Origin: a virus
Lineage: Duplodnaviria > Caudoviricetes
Virus record (IMG/VR): IMGVR_UViG_3300006947_002434
Location: 1-57,172 of that record
Reading direction: 5' to 3' (one strand)
DNA: 57,172 nucleotides
Both the position numbers and the translations under genes were made by a program. Positions within the stretch are counted from its first letter, which is position 1. Each line of letters opens with the position of its first letter. Shown in pieces: positions 46,038 through 54,937 of this stretch. The notes beneath the pieces are model-generated. The model ran no database searches, was not told the origin of the DNA, and was given only the letters and a program-made list of their open reading frames with translations.

Positions 46038-46070
46038 TTGCGCGTGGTAGAGAGAAAAACGCCCTCGCCC
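46038..46070. repeat. GC-rich dispersed element, copy 2
   Basis: TTGCGCGTGG-TA-GAGAGAAAAACGCCCTCGCCC matches 902-947. Confidence 0.65.
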
Positions 46071-46090
46071 GTGATTTTGTCGTAAAATAG

Positions 46091-46126
46091 AAAAAGATCT
46101 TACCGTTTTTATTGATAAGATCCTTT
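46091..46126 (-). terminator. Intrinsic terminator after the groESL-hc1 operon
   Basis: Minus strand GGATCTTATC-AATAAAAAC-GGTAAGATCT-TTTT. Confidence 0.65.
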
Positions 46127-46146
46127 ACTTTATTAACTACTTGTTT

Positions 46147-46317
46147 TTAACTCTTATCTTCGTTCACTGAAGCTTTTCTGTAATCTGTGCATAATTTTTT
46201 AACTGCTCCAATTGCTGCTCTTGCTCTTCGTTGAGAAACTTTAGTTGATCCGTTGTGTTCAGTTTCAAATTCTCCAAAGTGTTCTACGATTTGTTCAAAT
46301 AATTCTTGTTTAGTCAT
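46147..46317 (-). CDS. Histone H1-like Hc1-family nucleoid protein (56 aa, not in track)
   Basis: MTKQELFEQI...GSTKVSQRRARAAIGAVKKLCTDYRKASV matches the short Bacteroidota Hc1 pattern K.A..RAR.....K....YRK.S. Confidence 0.75.
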   Translation of the reverse strand: MTKQELFEQIVEHFGEFETEHNGSTKVSQRRARAAIGAVKKLCTDYRKASVNEDKS

Positions 46318-46336
46318 AATCTTAATTTTAATTTAA

Positions 46337-47995
46337 TTATTGCATCATCATACTAGGATCTATTCCTGGCATACTTGGTGCGTTGTTTTCTTCTTTAATA
46401 TTAGTTATTAGTGCTTCAGTGGTTAACATTGTACCAGCGACACTAGCTGCATTTTCTAAAGCTAATCTAGTTACTTTAGTAGGATCTATCACTCCCTCGT
46501 CAAACATATTTACATACTGACCTGTTCTAGTATTATATCCATGCCATTCATCTTTACTGGTGGTAACTATTTTGGAAATCTCTACAACCTTATCTCTTGC
46601 AATTCCTGCATTAGTTAAGATGGTGCAAAATGGTGTACCACAAGCTTCAAGTAATGTAGTAAAGCCTAGTGCTTCGCTTTCATTATCTGTATAACTCCAT
46701 AATTCCGGATCGTCATATAGCTCTTTACTCGCTCTTAGTAATGCTACTCCTCCTCCAGGTAAGAAACCTTCTTCTAAGGCTGCTTTTGTTGCGTGAAGAG
46801 CGTCGTCTACACGATCCTTTTTTTCTTTCATTTCAACTTCAGTCATTCCACCTACATATACGATAGCTACTCCTCCTACGAATTTTGCTAATCTATCTTG
46901 TAAAGTTTCTTTCTCGTATGGTGATTTAGTTTCATCTACTTGAGTCTGTATCTCTGATACTCTTTGTTCGATTGATGCTTGGTCTCCATTAGCGTCAATA
47001 ATAGTTGTGTTATCTTTACCAACAGTTACTTTCTTAGCGGAACCTAACCACTCAGGTTTATATTTATCTAATCTCATTCCTTTCTCTCCTGAGATTACTG
47101 TACCTCCTGTTAATGTAGCGATATCTTCTAGCATAGCTTTCTTTCTGTCTCCAAATTCAGGAGATTTAACTGCTACACACCCTAAGATACCTCTCATTTT
47201 ATTTACTACTAGAGTAGAAAGTGCTTCACCGTCTATATCATCTGCAATAATCAGTAATGATTTATTCTTATTAGAGCATCCTTCTAATATAGGAAGTAAT
47301 TCTTTTACTTGCGTAAGTTTCTTATCTGTGATTAGTATTAACGGATTTTGAAGGACAGCTTGCATAGAACTATTATCAGTAACAAAATATGGAGACTTAT
47401 AACCTCTGTTGAATTGCATTCCTTCAACTGTTTCTAAATACGTATCTCCTGTTTTCGACTCTTCAATCGTAACGACACCGTCACGACCTACTTTATCCAT
47501 GGCTGTGGAAATCAGTTCCCCTACTTCGGAATCATTATTAGCTGAAATGGTAGCTATTTGTTTAAGCTGCCCTTCATCCGTAATTTCTTTAGATTGAAGC
47601 TCTAATGCATCAATTACTTTAACAGTTGCTTTATCAATACCTCTTTTAAGGTCTACTAAATTAACTGTATTGTCTTTAGATGCTTCTAATCCTTGTTGGT
47701 AAATTGATGCTGCTAACAAGGTAGATGTTGTTGTACCATCTCCTGCTGCGTCTGCTGTTTTAATCGAAGCCTGTTTAACTAACTGTGCTCCGATATTTTC
47801 TTCAATATCTTCTAATTCGATACCTTTGGCTACTGTAACTCCATCCTTAGATGATATAGGAAAGCCTTGCTTTTGCTCTATAATTACATTACGGCCTGAT
47901 GGCCCTAAAGTGGCTGTTACTGCCTTTGATAACTTTTCTACTCCGGTTACTAGTTTTAATCTAGCTTCATCGGAAAATAAAATTTTATTGCTCAT
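46337..47995 (-). CDS. groL: Chaperonin GroEL
   Basis: [76 protein letters not shown]. Confidence 0.97.
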   Translation of the reverse strand: MSNKILFSDEARLKLVTGVEKLSKAVTATLGPSGRNVIIEQKQGFPISSKDGVTVAKGIELEDIEENIGAQLVKQASIKTADAAGDGTTTSTLLAASIYQQGLEASKDNTVNLVDLKRGIDKATVKVIDALELQSKEITDEGQLKQIATISANNDSEVGELISTAMDKVGRDGVVTIEESKTGDTYLETVEGMQFNRGYKSPYFVTDNSSMQAVLQNPLILITDKKLTQVKELLPILEGCSNKNKSLLIIADDIDGEALSTLVVNKMRGILGCVAVKSPEFGDRKKAMLEDIATLTGGTVISGEKGMRLDKYKPEWLGSAKKVTVGKDNTTIIDANGDQASIEQRVSEIQTQVDETKSPYEKETLQDRLAKFVGGVAIVYVGGMTEVEMKEKKDRVDDALHATKAALEEGFLPGGGVALLRASKELYDDPELWSYTDNESEALGFTTLLEACGTPFCTILTNAGIARDKVVEISKIVTTSKDEWHGYNTRTGQYVNMFDEGVIDPTKVTRLALENAASVAGTMLTTEALITNIKEENNAPSMPGIDPSMMMQ

Positions 47996-47996
47996 A

Positions 47997-48302
47997 TTAC
48001 TCTTTTGATTTTTTAATTACTGCTAAAATTTCTCTATCTTGTGCTATTAGGTACTCTTCTCCTTCGAAGTCAATTCGCATAGAACCTATTTTAGGAATTA
48101 GTACTACATCTCCTACTTTACAAGACCTAACGGAAATTAATTTGCCGTAATCGGATATTCGGCCTGGGCCTATAGCTACTACTGTGCCCATTTCTGGTTT
48201 TTCTTTTCCCATATCAGGTACTACGATTGAACCGTACATTTGTTCTCCATCGTCGATAGATTTTATTATAATTCTATCATTACAAGGATTTAATTTTTTC
48301 AT
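47997..48302 (-). CDS. groS: Co-chaperonin GroES
   Basis: P..DRIII, GSIVVPD..KEKP..G.VVAIGPG, KVGD.V, EILA. Confidence 0.95.
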   Translation of the reverse strand: MKKLNPCNDRIIIKSIDDGEQMYGSIVVPDMGKEKPEMGTVVAIGPGRISDYGKLISVRSCKVGDVVLIPKIGSMRIDFEGEEYLIAQDREILAVIKKSKE

Positions 48303-48323
48303 ATTTAGATAACGTTTATTTAA

Positions 48324-48355
48324 TTAATATAGTAAAAATAAATGAGGGATCCAAC
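48324..48355 (-). promoter_or_regulatory. Class-1 promoter GTTG-N20-TATATTAA
   Basis: Upstream of groS. Confidence 0.65.
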
Positions 48356-48370
48356 TCCAAATGGATTTAT

Positions 48371-48808
48371 TTAGCTAATTTTCAAAGTTCTTGGCTCTGA
48401 TCCTTTAGCAAAAGGGATTATAACTTGTAATAGGCCGTTTTTGAAGTCGGCTGTTGCTTTTGAAAGATTAAATCTACTATCAATCTTCCAACCTAAGTTG
48501 AATGATCGTTTAGCAATACCTTTATGTATGTACTCAGGTGATTTACACTCACAGTCTGAGTTACATTGACAATCGGAACTGTTTTTGTCGTAATTAACTC
48601 TAATTATGTTACCTTCAATCTCTATTTCAATATCTTCTTTTGGAATTCCGGTACAGGCAATGTCTAAGCCTAAGCCGTTTTCTTTTTCGTAAATATCTAC
48701 TGGGTGAGGTAATTTGGATTCTGCTAACGGTTGGTAATGGTTAGCTGTTTGCAAAAAATTGCGGACTAAAATATCGAACGGATTACGTTCTAAAAATAAT
48801 GTACTCAT
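48371..48808 (-). CDS. Small heat-shock protein (Hsp20/IbpA-like)
   Basis: PVDI, G..KEDI.I, YIHKGIAKRSF, A.FKNGLL. Confidence 0.92.
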   Translation of the reverse strand: MSTLFLERNPFDILVRNFLQTANHYQPLAESKLPHPVDIYEKENGLGLDIACTGIPKEDIEIEIEGNIIRVNYDKNSSDCQCNSDCECKSPEYIHKGIAKRSFNLGWKIDSRFNLSKATADFKNGLLQVIIPFAKGSEPRTLKIS

Positions 48809-48890
48809 ATCATTAAAAATTTATGATGCCCTAAGGTCATCGGTTAAAAAAAATTGTGAATAATCTCTCTGGAGTAGATCCTTCATATTA

Positions 48891-48922
48891 TAAATATACG
48901 AAGAAAATACTTCTTAGGCAAC
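48891..48922 (-). promoter_or_regulatory. Class-1 promoter GTTG-N20-TATATTTA
   Basis: Upstream of hsp20. Confidence 0.7.
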
Positions 48923-49872
48923 TATCCCCAAGAAAAGTTCTGTCCCATGTGTCCCCATTGTGCTGTTTTTGCGAATTTAGGTGTTTTTAAATCTAATAAT
49001 TTTACTATTCCATTTGGAGATAGATCATAATCTTCTATAAACATCTCTCTTCCATCTACAAATGCTGTTGCCTGTAAAGGTTCATTATGTCCAATTGCAT
49101 AAGCTAATGTTACATATACTTCTTTAGCATTATATTTCTTAAGATAGTCTACTGCTACTCTTCTTGCTGCATATGCTCCTGATCTATCTACTTTAGAACT
49201 ATCCTTTCCGGAAAATGCTCCTCCTCCTAATGGTATACGAGGTCCGTAATTATCTACTGCTAATTTTCTACCAGTTAATCCTGTATCTGCTGCAAAGCCT
49301 CCTATTGACCACTCCCCAGCTGGATTAATATGTAATGCTTCAATGTGGTACTGAGGATATCTACTGAAGAATCCTCTAACAAATCCATCTAACATTTCAG
49401 TTGGTGCATTTTGGAATGAACAAACAACTCTAAGTGAGTTGCCATCCATCGTAACTTGGGTTTTACCATCGTATGGATACATCGCGTACATAGCCTTACA
49501 TAAATTTCTAGCTAAGTAATATTCTTGAGGAACCAATTCCTCGTTTTCGTTACAGGCATATCCTATCATAATACCTTGATCTCCAGCTCCTCCAGTATCT
49601 ACTCCTTGAGATATTTCAGGACTCTGTCTGACTATGTTAGTCTGTATTCCTATTTCCTCTCCGTATACCTGTCTTACAATAGTTGGGATTTCAACATATG
49701 CTGTTGTTGTTAACTCTCCTGTTACAGAAATAATTCCATGTCCTCCCATTGTTTCTACTGCTACTCTTGCATTTGGGTCTTGTTCCAAGCATGCATCTAA
49801 TATTGCATCTGAAATCCTATCACATATTTTATCCGGGTGATTCGGTGTAATGCACTCTGCTGTTCTAATCAT
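48922..49872 (-). CDS. metK: S-adenosylmethionine synthetase (compact form)
   Basis: HPDKICD.ISDA, QSPEI, GAGDQG.M.GYA, DGKTQVT, DTGLTGRK..VD.YG, GGGAFSGKD.SKVDRS.AY. Confidence 0.95.
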   Translation of the reverse strand: MIRTAECITPNHPDKICDRISDAILDACLEQDPNARVAVETMGGHGIISVTGELTTTAYVEIPTIVRQVYGEEIGIQTNIVRQSPEISQGVDTGGAGDQGIMIGYACNENEELVPQEYYLARNLCKAMYAMYPYDGKTQVTMDGNSLRVVCSFQNAPTEMLDGFVRGFFSRYPQYHIEALHINPAGEWSIGGFAADTGLTGRKLAVDNYGPRIPLGGGAFSGKDSSKVDRSGAYAARRVAVDYLKKYNAKEVYVTLAYAIGHNEPLQATAFVDGREMFIEDYDLSPNGIVKLLDLKTPKFAKTAQWGHMGQNFSWG

Positions 49873-49880
49873 ACTTTTTT

Positions 49881-50204
49881 TTATTTAATTCTTCCATACT
49901 TAATAGAAGATTTTATTGGTGTTTTATCTATATTCAAAAGAGGAATATATTTACGTATTAATTCTCCTTCTCTTGTTTCAATTTCTCTTAAATCACAATC
50001 ATATGGTTTAATTATCCAAAAGAATTTCCAATCTTTTCCTACCTGACTTAGTTTATTTCTAAAGTTAGTACCAATGTAATTCTTCTGTTTCCAATTTCTA
50101 TGATTATACTCTAATATATGTAAAGGAAGAGTTGAAGAACCAATATACATTAACAATTTCATCTCATTTAATACTCCATACACGCCTCGTTGTTTAATAT
50201 CCAT
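49881..50204 (-). CDS. GIY-YIG nuclease-domain protein
   Basis: GVY......YIGSS, E..E..LI.......N. Confidence 0.7.
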   Translation of the reverse strand: MDIKQRGVYGVLNEMKLLMYIGSSTLPLHILEYNHRNWKQKNYIGTNFRNKLSQVGKDWKFFWIIKPYDCDLREIETREGELIRKYIPLLNIDKTPIKSSIKYGRIK

Positions 50205-50215
50205 CTTTTTAGCTA

Positions 50216-52555
50216 TTAATGGCCTTCTTGCCAGTTATTCGCTATTTCTGGTGGTGCTTTTAAGGTTACACCTTCTAATTCAGTAGTCGTTTCCATAAGC
50301 TCTTGTACATAGGGTGCAAATCTATCTGCATCTTCTTCTGCAATATTAATAATCAATTGATCATGAACCTGTGCTTGAACAATTGCATCTATCCCTAGTT
50401 CTTTAGCCTTTAAGTTAATCTTGACTGCAGCTCTATTTACCACTGATGCTGCTAATGACTGAAGTTGAAAGTTTAAACAGTTATTAAGTCCGTTTCTAAA
50501 GTCTCTATATACCTGTAATACTTGAGCTCTACCATATTGAGGTTCTAAGTTCTTTCTAAATCTCCAATCTAAGAATTGATCTTGATACTTAGTGTAGATC
50601 TTCTGCACTTTAGGTAAATGCCTTACTCTACCAACAGAATTTTTAATATAACCATGAGCTTTAACTTGAAGTCTAGAATTTTCTCTCCATTCAGCTAAGC
50701 CTGGGAATCCTTCTAAGTAACCTTTTATAAGTCCTTCAGCAGTCTTTTGGTCTACTCCTAATGTCATCTTAAGAGCAAATGCTTCCATTCCGTATGCTAC
50801 CCCTAATGAATAGGCTTTAGCTTTATTACGTGCTGTTACATCTAGTTTCTTAAGGTAGTTATCTGCTTTCTTATCTGCTGATACTCCGTTAGGAAATCTT
50901 TTTCTTTGTTCGTTTAGTTTTTCAGTTTGAATAGCAACATAAGAATAAAAATCCCATCCGTTGTTAAAGATTTCTTGTAATTTTTTGTCTCCTGATACTG
51001 ATGCAAAGCAATGTGGTTCTAAAGATTCGTAATCACAATCGATTACTTTACGTCCTTTTCCAGCAATTAGAAATGCTCTTACTATATTATTATACCTAAT
51101 GATAATTGGAGCATCTTCTCCTTCTTCTTTAGTTTTAGGTAATTGTTGAGCATCTGATCCATACCTACCTGATACAGTACCGTTCTGCTTAAAGTAAAAG
51201 TAGTATCTGCCATCTTCAGACCTATCTATAAACCTATCTACATAAGTAGATTTAATCTTTAGTAGTTTATTATAGATACGTAGATTCTCTGCCCAAGCAT
51301 AAGTCTTTGATAATACCTCCAACATGCTCATATCGAATTGATCTTGTCCTTTTCTTGTTTGAGACTTAGCTTTAATACCCATATACTTAAAACAGATTTC
51401 TCCTAAATGTTTTTTGGATTGAATATTAATATGGTCTCCGTCATTAGATTCTTTCCACATCGACATAGAAATACGAGCTACTTCTAAACTATCTAATAAT
51501 TCAATATCTCCAGTCTTTAAGAACTCTTTAACAGGTCCGTCATCTAAAGCTTCTACATGTTTTGATGTAATAGAAAACTTACCAGTCTTTTCACTCTTAG
51601 GTAAAGATAGAGAATACCTTATAGCTAGTTGTTGTGCCCAATTACCTTTATGAGAGGGGGGGTAAGTAGACATAGATGTATCTACAACCCATTTCTTAGC
51701 TTCTGAAGTATCTAGTAGGCTCTTCATTACTATTTTTTTATTCTTCGCTAAATCTACTGTGATGTTTTTATGAGTTTCATGAAGTAGGTCCATATCTAGG
51801 TCTACTCCAGTAGCTTCCATAGGTACAGTAACTTCACGATACACAGGCATTACCTCTTCTTCAAAGAAGAATTTTTCCAAGCCTTCATCTCTAAGTTTAC
51901 CCAAATATAAATTACAAATACGAAGGGTAAGGTCAGTATCAGCAGCAGCGTACTTAGAAAGTATGTCAAGATCTGCTTTATATATTTCATACTTAAGTTT
52001 AGTAGTTTCTCCACCATTTTTCTTTATTGATTCTTTTAGTTCTATTTGCTCTTGGTTGGCTGCTTCTTCTACGTTCAGGCCTAGAGCTTCCTGATTCATA
52101 ATAGCGATTGATTTTAGGCCAAATGGATTTCCGAATCCAAAGGCTCCTTCTTCATAGACAGTATGAACAAGTAAACCAGTATCAACCCATATATCTTCTA
52201 TAAGGTCAACTCCGAAGTAATTTTTTATGAACTGAACATCAAAGGAAGCATTATGAAATACTAGTTTCTTTCCTTTAAGTAGTTTAAGTAGGTTTTTGGA
52301 GATTACTTCTGTAGATTGTCCATCTATCGTCTGTACTTGAAGTTCATCGGCTTCAAAATTATATACTAAAGTGGGTAAGTAAAACCCTACACCTTCATCT
52401 CCGGAAACAGACCATCCTACGATTTTATTCTTTCGAGGATTTAGCCCAGTCGTCTCAGTATCGACTGCTATTACATCTGAGTCAGTAATGTGTTTGTATA
52501 ATAGATTTAAAGTCTCTTTATCTTGGACTGTGTAATATTTTTTTTCTAACTCCAT
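50216..52555 (-). CDS. polA: DNA polymerase family A (3'-5' exonuclease + polymerase; start revised to 52555)
   Basis: Exo DTETTG, HNASFD, YAA.D; pol TVSGR, DYESLE, R..AK....G.AYG, QVHD. A promoter lies over the track start. Confidence 0.95.
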   Translation of the reverse strand: MELEKKYYTVQDKETLNLLYKHITDSDVIAVDTETTGLNPRKNKIVGWSVSGDEGVGFYLPTLVYNFEADELQVQTIDGQSTEVISKNLLKLLKGKKLVFHNASFDVQFIKNYFGVDLIEDIWVDTGLLVHTVYEEGAFGFGNPFGLKSIAIMNQEALGLNVEEAANQEQIELKESIKKNGGETTKLKYEIYKADLDILSKYAAADTDLTLRICNLYLGKLRDEGLEKFFFEEEVMPVYREVTVPMEATGVDLDMDLLHETHKNITVDLAKNKKIVMKSLLDTSEAKKWVVDTSMSTYPPSHKGNWAQQLAIRYSLSLPKSEKTGKFSITSKHVEALDDGPVKEFLKTGDIELLDSLEVARISMSMWKESNDGDHINIQSKKHLGEICFKYMGIKAKSQTRKGQDQFDMSMLEVLSKTYAWAENLRIYNKLLKIKSTYVDRFIDRSEDGRYYFYFKQNGTVSGRYGSDAQQLPKTKEEGEDAPIIIRYNNIVRAFLIAGKGRKVIDCDYESLEPHCFASVSGDKKLQEIFNNGWDFYSYVAIQTEKLNEQRKRFPNGVSADKKADNYLKKLDVTARNKAKAYSLGVAYGMEAFALKMTLGVDQKTAEGLIKGYLEGFPGLAEWRENSRLQVKAHGYIKNSVGRVRHLPKVQKIYTKYQDQFLDWRFRKNLEPQYGRAQVLQVYRDFRNGLNNCLNFQLQSLAASVVNRAAVKINLKAKELGIDAIVQAQVHDQLIINIAEEDADRFAPYVQELMETTTELEGVTLKAPPEIANNWQEGH

Positions 52556-52581
52556 AACCGTTTTATCAATTTTATATACTA

Positions 52582-52613
52582 TAAATATACGAAAAATATT
52601 GCAGGAAAACAAC
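52582..52613 (-). promoter_or_regulatory. Class-1 promoter GTTG-N20-TATATTTA
   Basis: Upstream of the revised polA start. Confidence 0.7.
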
Positions 52614-52620
52614 TGTACTC

Positions 52621-52878
52621 TTAGATTTCTCCGTAAAGATCAAACTTTTCTACTTCTGGTTCTTTAACGATAATTTCCTGTTCTTTGATAGCATATAACT
52701 TTCCTTTTAGAGGAGATAATTTGTAATCTCCTTTAAATTTAGTTTTTCGAAGATAAGCTGTTAATGTAGGAACTAATCCTTCTATAATCTCTTCCTTATC
52801 TATTTCTAACTCCCAATTATCTCCTGGTGGGATCCTTTCTGCTATAAGAATATACTCTTCTTTAATTTTTATATCCAT
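52621..52878 (-). CDS. Hypothetical protein between queF and polA
   Basis: TAATG-coupled to queF. Confidence 0.65.
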   Translation of the reverse strand: MDIKIKEEYILIAERIPPGDNWELEIDKEEIIEGLVPTLTAYLRKTKFKGDYKLSPLKGKLYAIKEQEIIVKEPEVEKFDLYGEI

Positions 52879-53786
52879 TACTGTCTCAGTGTTTTTTGAA
52901 TTATAAATTCCGGGTTAGTAAAGAATTCGGGTATTAGGTAGGTATGGGTTGCTCTAATTGGATTAATATCTAAACCTCCTCTTCGGGTATAAAGACATGC
53001 TACCATTAAATTCTCAGGTTCAAATGCATCAGAAAGGTGTTTATACACCATTTCACATATCTCTTCGTGAAAATGACTTACAGTTCTGTGGCTAACAATA
53101 TATTTAGCAATAGATGCTGGTGTTGGTAGGTTTTTGCCTTTTATTCTAATGTAAATATCTCCCCAGTCGGGTTGGTTTGTAACTCTACAGTTAGACCTTA
53201 ATAAGTTAGAAGTCCATTTGATCTCTGATGTTTGATTATGTTCTTCTACGTCTAATTGATTTGAATCTGATTCGAATGCTGTAAAATCTATAGTATCTAA
53301 ATCTGTCAATTCAGCAATATCTTCATAACTATCAAATGACATTGGTTCTGTTTCTAAATCAGAACCATAAAATGTTACTGTAGTTGTAGTGTCTAGTAGT
53401 TCATCTAAATCTCTCTTTACTCTTGCTTCAATACCTGTAATACAGTCTGCTGCTGTATCGCCGATACGAGTCATATTAAATGAGTTTAGGTATAGTTTTA
53501 TAGACTTAGATTCTACGTGAAATTCAGATGAGGCATTACATACAATCTTCAACATACCTGCCACAGGTTGTCCTTTAGTTGTGATTGCCGATACTTCGTA
53601 AGCATTCCAAGTATCTACCCCTACAAATTCAGATCCAGTTAATCCATAACCTTGTCTATTTAAATTTCTAGGTATTTTCACTAGTAGTTCAGGAGAGTAG
53701 GTATCCTTATATCCAGATCCTCCTACCTTTCCTAAATGTTTTGATGCAATATCTATTACTTCTTGATAATTTTTTACTTTGCTCAT
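52878..53786 (-). CDS. queF: NADPH-dependent preQ0 reductase QueF, bimodular type II
   Basis: Y.PELL..IPR, G.D.W.AYE.S, VESKSIKLYLNSFN, LLRSNC.VTNQPDWG, FHE...E, YTRRGGLDINP.R. Confidence 0.93.
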   Translation of the reverse strand: MSKVKNYQEVIDIASKHLGKVGGSGYKDTYSPELLVKIPRNLNRQGYGLTGSEFVGVDTWNAYEVSAITTKGQPVAGMLKIVCNASSEFHVESKSIKLYLNSFNMTRIGDTAADCITGIEARVKRDLDELLDTTTTVTFYGSDLETEPMSFDSYEDIAELTDLDTIDFTAFESDSNQLDVEEHNQTSEIKWTSNLLRSNCRVTNQPDWGDIYIRIKGKNLPTPASIAKYIVSHRTVSHFHEEICEMVYKHLSDAFEPENLMVACLYTRRGGLDINPIRATHTYLIPEFFTNPEFIIQKTLRQ

Positions 53787-53790
53787 TTTA

Positions 53791-54366
53791 TTATTTTATT
53801 ATATAATCTATCCACTTTGTTCCTTTAGTATCTATATTAGGAAATTCAAACACTCTCTCTGTATTCCCAATAGTAATAGTTTTTCTGAATCCTGATGGGA
53901 CTGTTGCACCAGTTGGTAATACTTCTAACTCACCTTCAAATAGAACGTCTACTCTTACCTTAACTTCTTCACCAAAAAAGTTTGAAGCATCTCTTTCAAA
54001 AGTTTCTAATCTACTCCATTGACCTCTATTTAATCCCTCATGCTGTAAAGCTGAGTTTAGGTATGAGAATGTTTTAAGTAACATCTCTTTATTACAACTA
54101 AAGGCTGCTGCTGGTGCTAGATGACCTTTATCGTATATATTGCCTTTATAATCATCATCATCAGAAGTTCTAATACCTTCTGGTTCCCAAAAATCCATTC
54201 CTACTCTTGATGCTTTTCCGTTAGGACACTGTACTACATATTCAACCCATAATGGCTGTTCTTTGAATTGACTATACTCTACCCTAAATATATCTGTTTC
54301 AACTATTTGACTTATCCCACTAGTAGATGAAAATAGTAGTATTAATATTAATGTTAGGTTTTTCAT
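53791..54366 (-). CDS. Secreted DNA/RNA non-specific endonuclease (NucA/Serratia type)
   Basis: Signal peptide, YDKGHLAPAA, TF...N...Q...LNRG.W..LE. Confidence 0.88.
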   Translation of the reverse strand: MKNLTLILILLFSSTSGISQIVETDIFRVEYSQFKEQPLWVEYVVQCPNGKASRVGMDFWEPEGIRTSDDDDYKGNIYDKGHLAPAAAFSCNKEMLLKTFSYLNSALQHEGLNRGQWSRLETFERDASNFFGEEVKVRVDVLFEGELEVLPTGATVPSGFRKTITIGNTERVFEFPNIDTKGTKWIDYIIK

Positions 54367-54371
54367 ATTAT

Positions 54372-54890
54372 TTAATTTATAAATTTTAGTATTTGCTCTA
54401 CCCTTTGCATAGGAGAGCCCGTTACCGTCAAATAGGGCTGACGTATACCTTTTAATACCTCCACAAATTTAGTATCTATTTTCTTTCTCCACTTTTCATC
54501 TACACTCCTAGTGCCATCATCTACTGAATCAAATTCAATAGGAGAGTATATGTAATGGGTATATTCGTTTTTTATTCTATTCCAAGTATCTTCTATATAT
54601 CGATAAGTTATATCTTCTATATCTGCCATATAAGCAGAATAAACTACAACATCCATAAAACATCTATCTAATACTTGATTATGAGATTGAAGTAAAGCTT
54701 CTAAATGAAAACAACTGATAGCTAATTGAGTAGCATCTGTTCCTTTTTCATTAATAGGAAATCCATAATTACCTACAGTTCTAGTAGATTCATTTACGAA
54801 TTCGTATTTAGGTAACCTACCTTTTAATAACTCATATACAGTAGTTTTACCAGTACTGCTTGCTCCAACTAATGCTATTCTTTTTATCAC
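54372..54890 (-). CDS. P-loop nucleotide kinase-like protein (AAA_28/NMP-kinase type)
   Basis: GASSTGKTT, E..R, LDRC..D..VY, DDG.R. Confidence 0.8.
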   Translation of the reverse strand: MIKRIALVGASSTGKTTVYELLKGRLPKYEFVNESTRTVGNYGFPINEKGTDATQLAISCFHLEALLQSHNQVLDRCFMDVVVYSAYMADIEDITYRYIEDTWNRIKNEYTHYIYSPIEFDSVDDGTRSVDEKWRKKIDTKFVEVLKGIRQPYLTVTGSPMQRVEQILKFIN

Positions 54891-54905
54891 TATATAACTT
54901 TTATT

Positions 54906-54937
54906 TTAATATACGAAAATTATTTGTGAATACCTAG
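54906..54937 (-). promoter_or_regulatory. Class-1 promoter variant CTAG-N20-TATATTAA
   Basis: Same variant upstream box as at 45938-45969. Confidence 0.5.

Noticed and set aside
45970-46090. tRNA or tmRNA in the GC-richer intergenic patches here and at 900-950
   Set aside because: I could not build a cloverleaf, a paired T-arm or an acceptor stem by eye; tRNAscan-SE or ARAGORN would settle it.
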